Below the pieces are notes generated by a model, which made no database searches, was not told the DNA's origin, and saw only the letters and a list, made by a program, of their open reading frames with translations. DNA of 64,000 bases, taken from contig JALOCB010000007.1 in the NCBI GenBank assembly GCA_023227985.1, forward strand, positions 399 through 64,398, written 5' to 3'. The position numbers and the translations under genes are program-made. Origin of the DNA: Candidatus Omnitrophota bacterium (GTDB taxonomy: Bacteria; Omnitrophota; Gorgyraeia; Gygaellales; Profunditerraquicolaceae). This document shows, piece by piece, positions 36,791-46,128 of this stretch (its first letter is position 1; each line of letters begins with the position of its first letter).

Positions 36791-38550
36791 TGTTTATGGG
36801 AGGGAAGTTTACGCCTGGAGAAGATGTGGCTGCTTAATTTATTCGTGGCCAGAAAGATCACGCCGATAGATAACAGGATGAGCAGAAAAGCGGTGATGCT
36901 TAGCGGGTGTTTGTTCTGCGGCATATATTGCGTGGTCAGCATCTGCCAGAGCGAATAAATGGTGGTCACCATCATGAATATCGCCGGCAGGATGGTAAAA
37001 AAGGTAGCTTTTTTACGCTGGGCAAGCCATACCGAGACTACGATCAGGGTTAATGCCGCCAGGAGTTGGTTCGCCGAGCCGAAGACGGGCCATATCTGCT
37101 TAAAGCTGTTAGTATAACATAAAAGCAGCATCAGCCCGGCTGATAGACTGGCGTTGAACATATAAGATCTAAAGATCTTCGGCGGTTTTTTAATTAGTAC
37201 CGACCAGAGTTCTTCGAAAAGATAACGGTTAAGCCTTACCGCGGTATCCAGCGTAGTGATCACGAATCCTTCGACCAACAATATTCCAAAGACCGTGCCT
37301 CCGGCGACCGGAAGGCCCAGCGATTTGTTCAGCAATGCGCCCATGGATAAGGCAAACGCCAGGATAGGATTCCCCTCCGTTCCTTTGCCGGCGGGATTTA
37401 GAATGCTGCTGTAGGTAGTGAAATCCAGCCCTCCTGCTACTGTCAGGATCACCAGAACAGCTAAAAGCGATTCCAGGAGCATTCCGCCGTACCCGATTTT
37501 TCTTGCGTCTGATTCCCGGGTTATTTGTTTTGAAATGGTTCCCCCGGCGACCAGCGCATGGAATCCGGAAATGGCTCCGCAGGCAACAGTAATAAAAAGG
37601 AAAGGCCAGATCGATCCCAGGATATTGGTTCCTTCGGCTATATTCAACGCCGGCGCCTGGAGCTTGATCCCCATAAAACCTCCAGAGATCACCCCGATGA
37701 ACAGGAAGAAAATACCTATATAAAGTAAAAAAGAATTGGTGAAATCCCGCGGTTGAAGAAGCATCCACACCGGGACCCGGGCAGCTACAATAACGTAAAG
37801 GGTTAACAGGATCATCCAGATTTTGGGATCGAGGGTGACCGGAAGGACCACGCCTATGATTATGGCGAGCATCCCGATGACCAAGGCAAAAAGCCCGACT
37901 ATCGCGACATTGCGCTGTTTTTTATAGAGCAGGAAGCCGATGAATGGCGCGCACAGGGTCATTATGATCACTGAAGTTGACGCGATCCCGCCGATGCGGG
38001 CTTTGACTATGCCGTCGGATCCGGTTATGGTTTTTAGTATTGTTTCCCCGGGGCCGACTTTCATGGCTTCCAGCGGGACCATGGATGTAAGCGATATGGT
38101 GGTCAAGGCGAGAAAGGCGGAAGTGACATAAACCAGCATTATAATGGTGAAAGAGATAAGCAGAAAAAAACCGAATCGGCCCAGGGTGCGGTCAGCGACC
38201 TCGGCGATAGAATGCCCTTTTTCCCGTATGCTTACAAAAAGCGCGGTGTAATCCTGGACCGCGCCTATAAAGACCGTACCCAGGACCACCCATAAAAATA
38301 CCGGAAGATAACCGAATATAAGGGCTATTGTCGGCCCGATTATAGGGCCTGCTCCGGCTATGGAAGCAAAATGGTGTGAGAAGATCACTTCCAGCTTTGT
38401 CGGCACGTAATCTACGTCATCCTTCATAGCAACAGCCGGGGTGGGGGTTTTGTCGTTTTCGTTAAATACGCGGGAAATGAATTTTCCGTAGAAACGGTAG
38501 GCAAGGAAATAAACCGGCAGGGAGAGTATTAGTAATAATCCTATATTCAT
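36787..38550 (-). CDS. cstA: Carbon starvation protein A (CstA-family peptide/pyruvate transporter)
   Basis: 587 aa, polytopic. The N-terminal region MNIGLLLILSLPVYFLAYRFYGKFISRVF and HHFASIAGAGPIIGP are characteristic of the CstA family. Confidence 0.85.
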   Translation of the reverse strand: MNIGLLLILSLPVYFLAYRFYGKFISRVFNENDKTPTPAVAMKDDVDYVPTKLEVIFSHHFASIAGAGPIIGPTIALIFGYLPVFLWVVLGTVFIGAVQDYTALFVSIREKGHSIAEVADRTLGRFGFFLLISFTIIMLVYVTSAFLALTTISLTSMVPLEAMKVGPGETILKTITGSDGIVKARIGGIASTSVIIMTLCAPFIGFLLYKKQRNVAIVGLFALVIGMLAIIIGVVLPVTLDPKIWMILLTLYVIVAARVPVWMLLQPRDFTNSFLLYIGIFFLFIGVISGGFMGIKLQAPALNIAEGTNILGSIWPFLFITVACGAISGFHALVAGGTISKQITRESDARKIGYGGMLLESLLAVLVILTVAGGLDFTTYSSILNPAGKGTEGNPILAFALSMGALLNKSLGLPVAGGTVFGILLVEGFVITTLDTAVRLNRYLFEELWSVLIKKPPKIFRSYMFNASLSAGLMLLLCYTNSFKQIWPVFGSANQLLAALTLIVVSVWLAQRKKATFFTILPAIFMMVTTIYSLWQMLTTQYMPQNKHPLSITAFLLILLSIGVIFLATNKLSSHIFSRRKLPSHKQ

Positions 38551-38621
38551 ATTCTTAAGAAATAAACGATAGTTATATAAAGTTTACGCCTGGATAGTAT
38601 TGCCGTCAAGATTTTTATAGT

Positions 38622-39626
38622 TCAACAGATGCGGGGGAGTTGTTCGCCGGTAAGCATGTCCAGGATCCTGGTTGACCCTATAGCGGTGCGCAGCAATACC
38701 AGAGGGGTATCTTTTTTGATTACCTCCCCGATGATGCGGGAATTTTTTCCCAGGGGGTTCTTGCGCATCGCCGATAATATTTTTTTGCTTTCACTTCCCG
38801 GGGCAAATACCAGCACCTTGCCTTCGTTAGCCATGTATAAAGGATCAATGCCTAAGAGCTCACAAACGCCTTTTACCGCTTCGGGTATCGGCAGGCTGTC
38901 TTCGTCGACCTGGATGCGCACACCGGATTGCAAGGCGACCTCATTAAGGGTGGTAGCCACGCCGCCTCGGGTGGGATCGCGCATTACATGGACCTTAGAA
39001 GAGGTTTTTAATATACAGGCTATCAGGTGATTAAGGGCGGCGCAGTCGCTTTTTATGTTGGTTTCCAGCTTGTAATCCTGCCGGGCGGACATTACCGCTG
39101 CCCCGTGCTCGCCGATGTTGCCGTTGATGATGATTGCGTCACCAGCCTTAGCGTTATTGCCTGATACCTTTACTTTGGCATCAACCATTCCTATCCCTGT
39201 AGTATTGATAAAGATCCCGTCGCAAGAGTTTTTCTCAACCACCTTGAAATCACCGCCGATGATCTCGACCCCGGCGAGTTTTGCTGCCTCGGCCATTGAG
39301 CGGATCACTTTCTTCAATAGGCTGATCTCAAATCCTTCTTCTACTATGCAGGCGGCAGTAAGGTATAATGGCTTGGCGGCCATTACCGCGAGGTCGTTTA
39401 CAGTGCCGCAGACCGCCAGTTTACCGATATCCCCTCCCGGGAAGAATAGGGGGTGGACCACAAATGAGTCGGTGGTGAAGGCGAGCCTGCCTTTGCAGTC
39501 AAATATCGCGGCGTCGTCGGCCTTATCCAGAATGGGGTTGGAGAAGCAAGGGAAGACGACCTCTTTTAAAAGTCTGTGGCTTAGCTTCCCGCCGCTGCCG
39601 TGTCCTAAAAGTATCCGTTCTTCCAT
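38622..39626 (-). CDS. hypE: Hydrogenase maturation carbamoyl-dehydratase HypE
   Basis: Starts MEERILLGHGSGG (compare E. coli MNNIQLAHGSGG). An AIR-synthase-like fold. Ends in ...PRIC. Confidence 0.9.
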   Translation of the reverse strand: MEERILLGHGSGGKLSHRLLKEVVFPCFSNPILDKADDAAIFDCKGRLAFTTDSFVVHPLFFPGGDIGKLAVCGTVNDLAVMAAKPLYLTAACIVEEGFEISLLKKVIRSMAEAAKLAGVEIIGGDFKVVEKNSCDGIFINTTGIGMVDAKVKVSGNNAKAGDAIIINGNIGEHGAAVMSARQDYKLETNIKSDCAALNHLIACILKTSSKVHVMRDPTRGGVATTLNEVALQSGVRIQVDEDSLPIPEAVKGVCELLGIDPLYMANEGKVLVFAPGSESKKILSAMRKNPLGKNSRIIGEVIKKDTPLVLLRTAIGSTRILDMLTGEQLPRIC

Positions 39627-39627
39627 A

Positions 39628-40710
39628 TCAACGATTGTATTTATACCAGGCGGCACAGGTCCCTTCAGAAGAGACCATGCACGGGCCATAAGGATTTTCC
39701 GGGGTGCAGGCTTTCGCGAAAAGTCCGCATTGATCCGGGGTTTTTACTCCTCGTAATACCTGTCCGCATAAACAATTCCCGGGCCGGACCGGGTTTTTTA
39801 CCGTCAGATCGAATTTTTCCTTTGCGTTGAATTTCTTGAAATCGCTGTTCAGGTTAAGTCCGCTTTCCGGAATTGTCCCTAATCCCCGCCATCTGGCTTC
39901 GGTCGTCGTGAATACGTCTTTGAGCAATTCCCGGGCAAGGGGATTTCCTTCGGGGCGCACCGCGCGCTTATACTGGATCTCAACCTCAGCGCGCTCTTCG
40001 CGGATCTGTTTCAAAAGCATCAGTATCGATTCCAGTATATCCACCGGCTCAAAGCCGGAGATAACGCAAGGTATTTTATGCTGGGAAGCGACGAATTCGT
40101 AACTCGCGCTGCCGATTATGCTGGAAACGTGCCCCGGGCAGATAAAACCGTCCAACCTCAGTTCTTTTGCTTTAAGCAAAGCTTCCAACGCCGGCGGTAT
40201 AAGCTTATGGCAAGGGTAGATCGAGAAATTATCCAGCTTATTTTCGCGCGCGTCGGAGACTGCCGAGGCTATGGCAGGAGAGGTGGTCTCAAATCCCACT
40301 GCCAAGAAAACCACTTCCTTGTTCTTATTCTCCCTGGCTATTTCCAGGCTGTCTAACGGGCTGTAAACGCTGCGTATATCGCATCCCTTGGCGCGTTCTT
40401 TTTCCAGGGAGCTGGTTGTTCCCGGAACCCTGAGCATATCCCCGAAGGAAGTAGAGATGACATTCTTTATCCCGGCCAGCTTGAGCATGCTGTCAATATC
40501 CCCTTGATCGGTCACGCACACCGGGCATCCAGGGCCGGAGATTATGTTAACTCCTTGCGGCAGTATTTGTTTTATCCCTGAGCGGAATATGGCCATGGTA
40601 TGCGTCCCGCAGACTTCCATTAGATTTATATTCTGCGGTTTCAGCCTTTTTATCCGCTGCGCCAGTTTTTTAACAATATCTTTGTCACGAAATTCGTCTA
40701 TATATTTCAT
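39628..40710 (-). CDS. hypD: Hydrogenase maturation factor HypD
   Basis: CGTHTMAI and GPGCPVCVTDQGDID (CPVC) motifs plus a C-terminal Cys cluster. Confidence 0.9.
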   Translation of the reverse strand: MKYIDEFRDKDIVKKLAQRIKRLKPQNINLMEVCGTHTMAIFRSGIKQILPQGVNIISGPGCPVCVTDQGDIDSMLKLAGIKNVISTSFGDMLRVPGTTSSLEKERAKGCDIRSVYSPLDSLEIARENKNKEVVFLAVGFETTSPAIASAVSDARENKLDNFSIYPCHKLIPPALEALLKAKELRLDGFICPGHVSSIIGSASYEFVASQHKIPCVISGFEPVDILESILMLLKQIREERAEVEIQYKRAVRPEGNPLARELLKDVFTTTEARWRGLGTIPESGLNLNSDFKKFNAKEKFDLTVKNPVRPGNCLCGQVLRGVKTPDQCGLFAKACTPENPYGPCMVSSEGTCAAWYKYNR

Positions 40711-40712
40711 TT

Positions 40713-40931
40713 TTACTCGTCGTAATATATCTGTTCCAGCAATTTAAGGGTTTCCTTTGCCTGTTCTTCATCGATTTTCTCAATAGCGAAACCCGCGTGC
40801 ACCAGGATATAGTCGCCGACTTGCAGGCCTTCCAGGAAACGCACATCTACCAGGCGTTTTACGCCGGCCATATTCACTTGCGCGGAATTTTCTTTTATCT
40901 TGATCACTTTAACTGGTATGGCAAGGCACAT
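40713..40931 (-). CDS. hypC: Hydrogenase maturation chaperone HypC
   Basis: Starts MCLAIPVKV (the essential Cys2). 72 aa. Confidence 0.85.
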   Translation of the reverse strand: MCLAIPVKVIKIKENSAQVNMAGVKRLVDVRFLEGLQVGDYILVHAGFAIEKIDEEQAKETLKLLEQIYYDE

Positions 40932-40945
40932 ATTGTTTTCCTTTT

Positions 40946-40960
40946 CAAGACCCGGTCTTG
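40946..40960. repeat. Palindrome CAAGACCCGGTCTTG (inverted copy of the 18-nt element) between the hypF stop and the hypC start
   Basis: Related to the copies at 29622-29639 and 40987-41004. Confidence 0.45.
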
Positions 40961-40964
40961 TAAC

Positions 40965-43298
40965 TTATTCTGCCGCAGCGTTTTGTAAGACCGGGTCTTG
41001 AAACGCGTTGGCGATGGCTGCTTGGCCGAGTGAAATCGCTCCGTCATTAGCCGGCAAAAGCTGGTTATAATAAACCGTGAATTTATCCCGGCGTAGATTA
41101 TCCAGGCATGTTTCAAGGAACAACCTGTTCTGAAAAACCCCGCCGGAAAGGACTGCCGTTTCGAGACCGTTCCTCTCGCGCATTATCCTGCAGGCCTGGG
41201 CCACGGCCTTTGCCAGTCCGTTGTGAAATTTCCGGGCAATGTCTTTTTTATCGATCCTTTTTTTAATATCTTCGACCAGCTGCCGGATAGCCGTTTGGGG
41301 CTTGATAATGAATAGACCGTTATCATTCCGTATCATAAAATCGTAACTTTTATCGCTGCGGGATCCTTCGGCAAGCATTTGTAATCTTATCGCCGCTTCA
41401 GCCTCAAAAGTTATTATATCACAAATTCCCGCCAGCGCACTCACTCCGTCAAAAAGGCGGCCGCAACTGGAAGTAAGCAGGGGATTTATCTGGGCGGAGT
41501 TGATGACTCGGTCCAGGTCCTTGCGGTATTTCGCGGTAAAGGGGATCTTTATCCCGGACAGGTCCGGGCCAAAGGTCTTATACAGGTAACTTATGCCCAT
41601 GCGGAAAGGCTCCTGCGTCGCTTTATCCCCGCCGGGCATCGGCGTATATTCCAAGTGCCCTTTCCTTTGAAAGCCTTTCAGGTCTCCGGCGAAGAACTCT
41701 CCGCCCCATACCTTGCCGTCCGTGCCATAACCTATCCCGTCCAGGCAGACCCCGATGACCTTTCCTTTTATCCGGTGTTCGCAGATAACGCTGGCCAGAT
41801 GGCTGTGATGGTGCTGGATCTGGATGATTTTTACCTTTGGTTTATTTTCTTTGTATTGCAGCGCGTATTTTGTGGAAAGATAATCCGGGTGAAGGTCGCA
41901 GGCGATTATTTCCGGTTTCATTCCCAACAATCCGCAAAGCCTGTTTATTGTCTCCTGGTAAAAGGTGAATGCGGGGTAAGTCTTCAGGTCGCCGATGAAC
42001 TGGCTTAAGAAAGCGAAATTATCTTTTGCCAGGCAAAATGTGTTTTTAAGTTCGGCCCCGCAGGCCAGAATATTCTTCATCCGGTTGTCAGTGAAGAACG
42101 GGAAAGGCGCATATCCCCGGCTGCGGCGCAGGAGTACGGGTTTTTCGTCCATTATCTGGACGATGGAATCGTCGGTCCGGTTATGTATACGGCGGTTATG
42201 GACCAGGAAATAATCGCAGACCCCGCCCAGGTTATTTATTGCCAGGGTATTCTCTATTTCTATGGGTTCGTCGCTGATATTCGCGCTGGTCATTACCAGT
42301 TTGCTTAACGCATTGCCGGGCAAGGTCTCTGCGTCCAAAAGAAGATGGTGCAGGGGCGCGTAAGCCAGCATCACGCCCAAACAATTATTATAAGGACTGA
42401 GCAGGCGGGTGATCTTATTCTCCAGCTTCTTCTTTAATAAAAGGATCGGGCTTTCCGGGCTGGAAAGTATCTTTTCCTCAAGGCCGGATATCTCGCACCA
42501 TCGGGTTAGCTCTCGGATATCTTTTACCATTATGGCAAAAGGTTTATACGGCCGTTTCTTGCGCTCTCTTAAAAGACGGATCGCTTTAGGGTTATCCGCG
42601 TCGCAACTGATATGAAATCCGCCGATACCTTTTATGGCTAAGATCTTGCCTGATTTCAATAATTTTACAGTCTCAAGAAGGGCTTTTTTCCCTTTGGCCA
42701 GGGTTTTTGTCCGGCGCCCGCGAAGCTGAACTAATTCCAGGGCCGGGCCGCATATAGAGCAGGCATTAGGCTGGGCGTGAAAGCGTCGCTGATCGATATC
42801 CTTGTATTCGGCCTTACAGTCAGGACACATTTTGAAGCCGGCCATGGTAGTCAGAGGCCGGTCGTAGGGAAGGTCTTTGATAATCGAGAAACGCGGGCCG
42901 CAATTGGTGCAATTTATAAAAGGGTAAAGAAATCTGCGGTCAGAGGGATCAAAAAGCTCTTTAAGGCAGTCAGGGCAGGTCGCTATGTCAGGGCTTATTA
43001 ATGCCGATTGTCCCCGGGTTTTTAGGCTTTCCTTGATCGAGAAATCACTGTAACCGGCAGGTTTAACAAAGTTTATATCTTTCTTGGTGACCCTTGCCAG
43101 GGGAGGGAGTTCCTTTCCCAGGTTTTCAAAGAATGATAATATATTTTCCCTGACAGCCTCCACGTGTATCTCTACTCCGCTGGAAGTGTTTAAGACGAAA
43201 CCGGTTAACGCAAGTTCGCGGCAGAGGCGAAGGATGAACGGCCGGAAGCCTACTCCTTGGACAACTCCTTCGAGGTGTATTTTCGCAGCGTAGACCAT
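40965..43298 (-). CDS. hypF: Hydrogenase maturation carbamoyltransferase HypF
   Basis: Acylphosphatase (VQGVGFRPF), two Zn-finger CxxC pairs, YrdC-like and Kae1-like domains. 777 aa. Confidence 0.9.
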   Translation of the reverse strand: MVYAAKIHLEGVVQGVGFRPFILRLCRELALTGFVLNTSSGVEIHVEAVRENILSFFENLGKELPPLARVTKKDINFVKPAGYSDFSIKESLKTRGQSALISPDIATCPDCLKELFDPSDRRFLYPFINCTNCGPRFSIIKDLPYDRPLTTMAGFKMCPDCKAEYKDIDQRRFHAQPNACSICGPALELVQLRGRRTKTLAKGKKALLETVKLLKSGKILAIKGIGGFHISCDADNPKAIRLLRERKKRPYKPFAIMVKDIRELTRWCEISGLEEKILSSPESPILLLKKKLENKITRLLSPYNNCLGVMLAYAPLHHLLLDAETLPGNALSKLVMTSANISDEPIEIENTLAINNLGGVCDYFLVHNRRIHNRTDDSIVQIMDEKPVLLRRSRGYAPFPFFTDNRMKNILACGAELKNTFCLAKDNFAFLSQFIGDLKTYPAFTFYQETINRLCGLLGMKPEIIACDLHPDYLSTKYALQYKENKPKVKIIQIQHHHSHLASVICEHRIKGKVIGVCLDGIGYGTDGKVWGGEFFAGDLKGFQRKGHLEYTPMPGGDKATQEPFRMGISYLYKTFGPDLSGIKIPFTAKYRKDLDRVINSAQINPLLTSSCGRLFDGVSALAGICDIITFEAEAAIRLQMLAEGSRSDKSYDFMIRNDNGLFIIKPQTAIRQLVEDIKKRIDKKDIARKFHNGLAKAVAQACRIMRERNGLETAVLSGGVFQNRLFLETCLDNLRRDKFTVYYNQLLPANDGAISLGQAAIANAFQDPVLQNAAAE
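40987..41004. repeat. 18-nt palindromic element AAGACCGGGTCTTGAAAC embedded in the last codons of hypF
   Basis: The reverse complement encodes the C-terminal ...QDPVL... of HypF. Confidence 0.45.
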
Positions 43299-43380
43299 AA
43301 GTCATTTTAACATAAGAATCCGGATAAAGCACGAATATTTGAAAGCTATTGAGATTATTAAGGTAAGAATTAAAATTTTC

Positions 43381-43409
43381 TTGACAACCCTGTGTATTTA
43401 TGTTAAAAG
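43381..43409 (+). promoter_or_regulatory. Candidate promoter (weak -10) in the hypF/hydrogenase divergent region
   Basis: TTGACA with a 17-nt spacer to TAAAAG. It lies ~250 nt upstream of the hydrogenase small-subunit start. Confidence 0.3.
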
Positions 43410-43497
43410 AAAACAGGTCAGTGCAGGTAAAAGTAAATTCACAAGGGTCAGAAAAATTGATAAAAGCCACGTTTATCAAAATTTAGAAATCCTGTAA

Positions 43498-43526
43498 GCT
43501 CAAGCAATGCTTGAGCTTTTTTGTTT
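43498..43526 (+). terminator. Intrinsic-terminator-like hairpin inside the hydrogenase 5' region (attenuator or 3' end of a small RNA)
   Basis: GCTCAAGC-aat-GCTTGAGC followed by TTTTTTGTTT. No + strand CDS lies upstream for it to terminate. Confidence 0.55.
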
Positions 43527-43656
43527 CCCTTGCTTAGAGAGTGTGGCTTGTTTTTGGGATAAATGTTCGGGGAATGAAGTAGGGATGGTTCCTGGATTCC
43601 CGGCGGCTTGCCGCGGGGAGCTTCATTTCTAAAGATGATTAAAAAGGAGGTAGCAA

Positions 43657-44601
43657 ATGGAACTTACGAGGCGAGAGTTTTTGAAGCTGTGCAGCGCTTC
43701 AGCGGTCGGTATGGGTATTTCTCAGCTTGTTATCCCGGAATTGGTCCAAGCTATGGAACAGGCTGCTTCTACCAAACCCCCGGTTATCTGGCTTCAGGGT
43801 TCTAATTGCACCGGCTGCGTTGTTTCTTTGCTTAATACCGCGCATCCTACTATAGCGGAGGTCTTGCTTAAGATCATTGACCTGCATTACCTGCCGACTG
43901 TTATGGCAGCTTCAGGGGAAACAGCTGTTAATTACCTTGATATAATATCTGAAAAGGCAAAAGGCGAATATTTCCTGCTGGTTGAAGGCGCTGTGTCGAC
44001 AAAAGACGATGGTATCTATTGCACCATCGGCCAGAAAGACGGCAAGGAGATGACTTTCCTTGAGACTATCAAGACCCTCGGGCCCAAGGCCAAGGCGATT
44101 ATTTCTGTTGGAGATTGCGCTTCGTTCGGAGGGATATCTGCGGCAAAACCGAATCCTACTGGATGTAAACCGGTAAGTGAGGTTGTTTCCGGAGTCCCAA
44201 TTATTAATATCCAAGGCTGCCCGCCGCATCCGGACTGGTTATTGGGAACAATTGTCCATGTGCTTCTTTTCGGATTGCCTGAACTTGACGATAAAGGCAG
44301 GCCGAAAATGTTCTATGGAGAGACAGTTCATCAAAATTGCCCGAACTATTCTTATTTTGCAGAAGGGAAAATGGCCACCAAGATCGGCGAAAAAGGTTGC
44401 CTTATTCAATTAGGCTGCAAAGGCCCGATGGCCAGCTCGGATTGTCCTTTACGCAAATGGAACTCAGGCGTTAATTGGTGTGTCGGCGTGGGCGCGCCTT
44501 GTATCGGTTGCTCCAGCCCGGATTTCCCGGATGGGATGTCGCCGTTCTATTCCGCTCTGCCTAAGGATAAATGGCCTAAAAAGGATAGCGAGATTGCTTA
44601 G
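43657..44601 (+). CDS. [NiFe] hydrogenase small subunit with a twin-arginine signal (periplasmic, group 1-like)
   Basis: The Tat motif RREFLK, then proximal-cluster Cys motifs (WLQGSNCTGC, GDCASFGG, GCPP) and distal/medial cluster cysteines. 314 aa with no C-terminal TM anchor. Confidence 0.9.
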   Translation: MELTRREFLKLCSASAVGMGISQLVIPELVQAMEQAASTKPPVIWLQGSNCTGCVVSLLNTAHPTIAEVLLKIIDLHYLPTVMAASGETAVNYLDIISEKAKGEYFLLVEGAVSTKDDGIYCTIGQKDGKEMTFLETIKTLGPKAKAIISVGDCASFGGISAAKPNPTGCKPVSEVVSGVPIINIQGCPPHPDWLLGTIVHVLLFGLPELDDKGRPKMFYGETVHQNCPNYSYFAEGKMATKIGEKGCLIQLGCKGPMASSDCPLRKWNSGVNWCVGVGAPCIGCSSPDFPDGMSPFYSALPKDKWPKKDSEIA

Positions 44602-44645
44602 TCAATTTACCGGACACCCCGCGCTGAAAGGATTGCGCTGGGCGG

Positions 44646-44679
44646 ACACCCGGCGCAATCGGAATATGCGCCGGTGTTG
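44646..44679. repeat. Copy of the covarying hairpin repeat, sitting between the hydrogenase small and large subunit genes
   Basis: ACACCCGGCGCAATCGGAATATGCGCCGGTGTTG. The stem variant CGC/GCG is compensatory relative to the copies at 6865 and 7047. A partial copy is at 44611-44625. Confidence 0.6.
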
Positions 44680-44702
44680 ATTATCTAATCAAGGAGGTTT
44701 TG

Positions 44703-46121
44703 ATGGCTACTCAGAAAATAGTAATAGATCCGGTAACAAGGATCGAAGGACATTTAAAAATAACCTGCGAAGTGGATGACGGGAAAATAATCGACGCGTA
44801 CAGCTCCGGGACTATGTGGCGCGGTATCGAGGTTATTTTAAGAGGCCGCGACCCGCGTGACGCCCAGCATATTACCCAGAGGATCTGCGGGGTATGCCCT
44901 ATGGCCCATGGAACAGCCGCGACCCTCTGTTTGGACGACGCGTTCAAGGTCACTATCCCGGATAACGGCAGGATCATCCGTAACCTGCTTTTAGGTTCCA
45001 ACCACATTCAATCGCATATACTGCATTTTTATCACCTGGCAGCCCTTGACTATGTTATCGGGCCGGATATTCCGCCGTTCGTCCCCAGGTATAAAGGGGA
45101 CTTTCGTCTGCCCAAAGACTTGAACGACGCTTATGTGGCGCATTACCTGCAGGCTTTGGAGATGCGTAAAAAGGCCCATGAAATGCTGGCGGTTTTCGGC
45201 GGCAAAATGCCTCCCCAGATGACCATGCTTCCCGGCGGTGTAACTGTTACGCCTACCGTGGATAAGATCGCCTCGTTTCTCTGGCGTCTGCGTGAACTTC
45301 AGGCGTTCATCAATGACGTGTATATCCCGGATGTCTTAGGTGTTGCCGAGGTGTATTCCGACTACAAGAAAATCGGTATCGGGCATGGCAATCTTCTTGC
45401 TTACGGAGGATTCCCGCTGGACAGCCAAAACAAAGAAAAATTCTTCAAGGCAGGGCGTTATACCAAAGGCAGTATCGTCGGGTTTGATCCTTTAAAGGTC
45501 ACCGAGGATATAAAATATTCCTGGTATAAAAGCGGAGGTTCAGGTAAGAATCCTTATGACGGGGTTACTGACCCTGATGCTGAAAAGAAAGATGCCTATA
45601 GCTGGTTGAAAGCCCCCAGATACGACAATCAGCCGTATGAAGTGGGTCCGTTGGCCAGAATGTGGGTAAACGGCGATTATCGCCAGGGTATTTCTGTTAT
45701 CGACCGCCATGCGGCCCGCGCTATAGAGGCTAAGAAGATCGCCGAGGCGATGGAAGGCTGGCTGCTTCAATTAAAACCCGGCGCTCCGTCCTGGGCAGAA
45801 TACAAGGTTCCGGAATCCGGAGAGGGTATGGGGTTGACCGAAGGCGCCCGTGGAGCTTTGGGACATTGGATCAAGATAGCAAAGGGCAAGATAGAAAATT
45901 ATCAGGCGGTAGTTCCTACTACCTGGAATTGCGGCCCGCGCGATGATAAAGGCGTACGCGGACCGGTGGAAGAATCGCTGGTAGGCACCGCTATAGCTGA
46001 TGCCGAGAATCCTCTGGAGATAGTCAGGATCATCCGTTCGTTCGACCCTTGTATTGCCTGCGCGGTCCATTTGATCAGGCCGAACAACGGCGCAGAGATC
46101 AAGAAGTTCCGCGTTGTCTGA
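44703..46121 (+). CDS. [NiFe] hydrogenase large subunit
   Basis: N-terminal RIEGHLKI, the Ni-binding RICGVCPMAH, and a C-terminal DPCIACAVH followed by a 16-aa extension cleaved by the protease. The RBS AGGAGG precedes the ATG. 473 aa is short for group 1. Confidence 0.9.
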   Translation: MATQKIVIDPVTRIEGHLKITCEVDDGKIIDAYSSGTMWRGIEVILRGRDPRDAQHITQRICGVCPMAHGTAATLCLDDAFKVTIPDNGRIIRNLLLGSNHIQSHILHFYHLAALDYVIGPDIPPFVPRYKGDFRLPKDLNDAYVAHYLQALEMRKKAHEMLAVFGGKMPPQMTMLPGGVTVTPTVDKIASFLWRLRELQAFINDVYIPDVLGVAEVYSDYKKIGIGHGNLLAYGGFPLDSQNKEKFFKAGRYTKGSIVGFDPLKVTEDIKYSWYKSGGSGKNPYDGVTDPDAEKKDAYSWLKAPRYDNQPYEVGPLARMWVNGDYRQGISVIDRHAARAIEAKKIAEAMEGWLLQLKPGAPSWAEYKVPESGEGMGLTEGARGALGHWIKIAKGKIENYQAVVPTTWNCGPRDDKGVRGPVEESLVGTAIADAENPLEIVRIIRSFDPCIACAVHLIRPNNGAEIKKFRVV

Positions 46122-46128
46122 TCCGGGA

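Noticed and set aside
36710-36958. 82-aa + strand ORF overlapping the cstA 3' end and the repeat element.
   Set aside because: It overlaps a well-supported reverse-strand gene, and its Cys/Leu-rich sequence derives from the repeat. It is unlikely to be coding.
44703-46121. The hydrogenase large subunit read as a [NiFeSe] selenoprotein.
   Set aside because: The C-terminal motif is DPCIACAVH with Cys codons throughout. There is no in-frame TGA and no SECIS-like hairpin.
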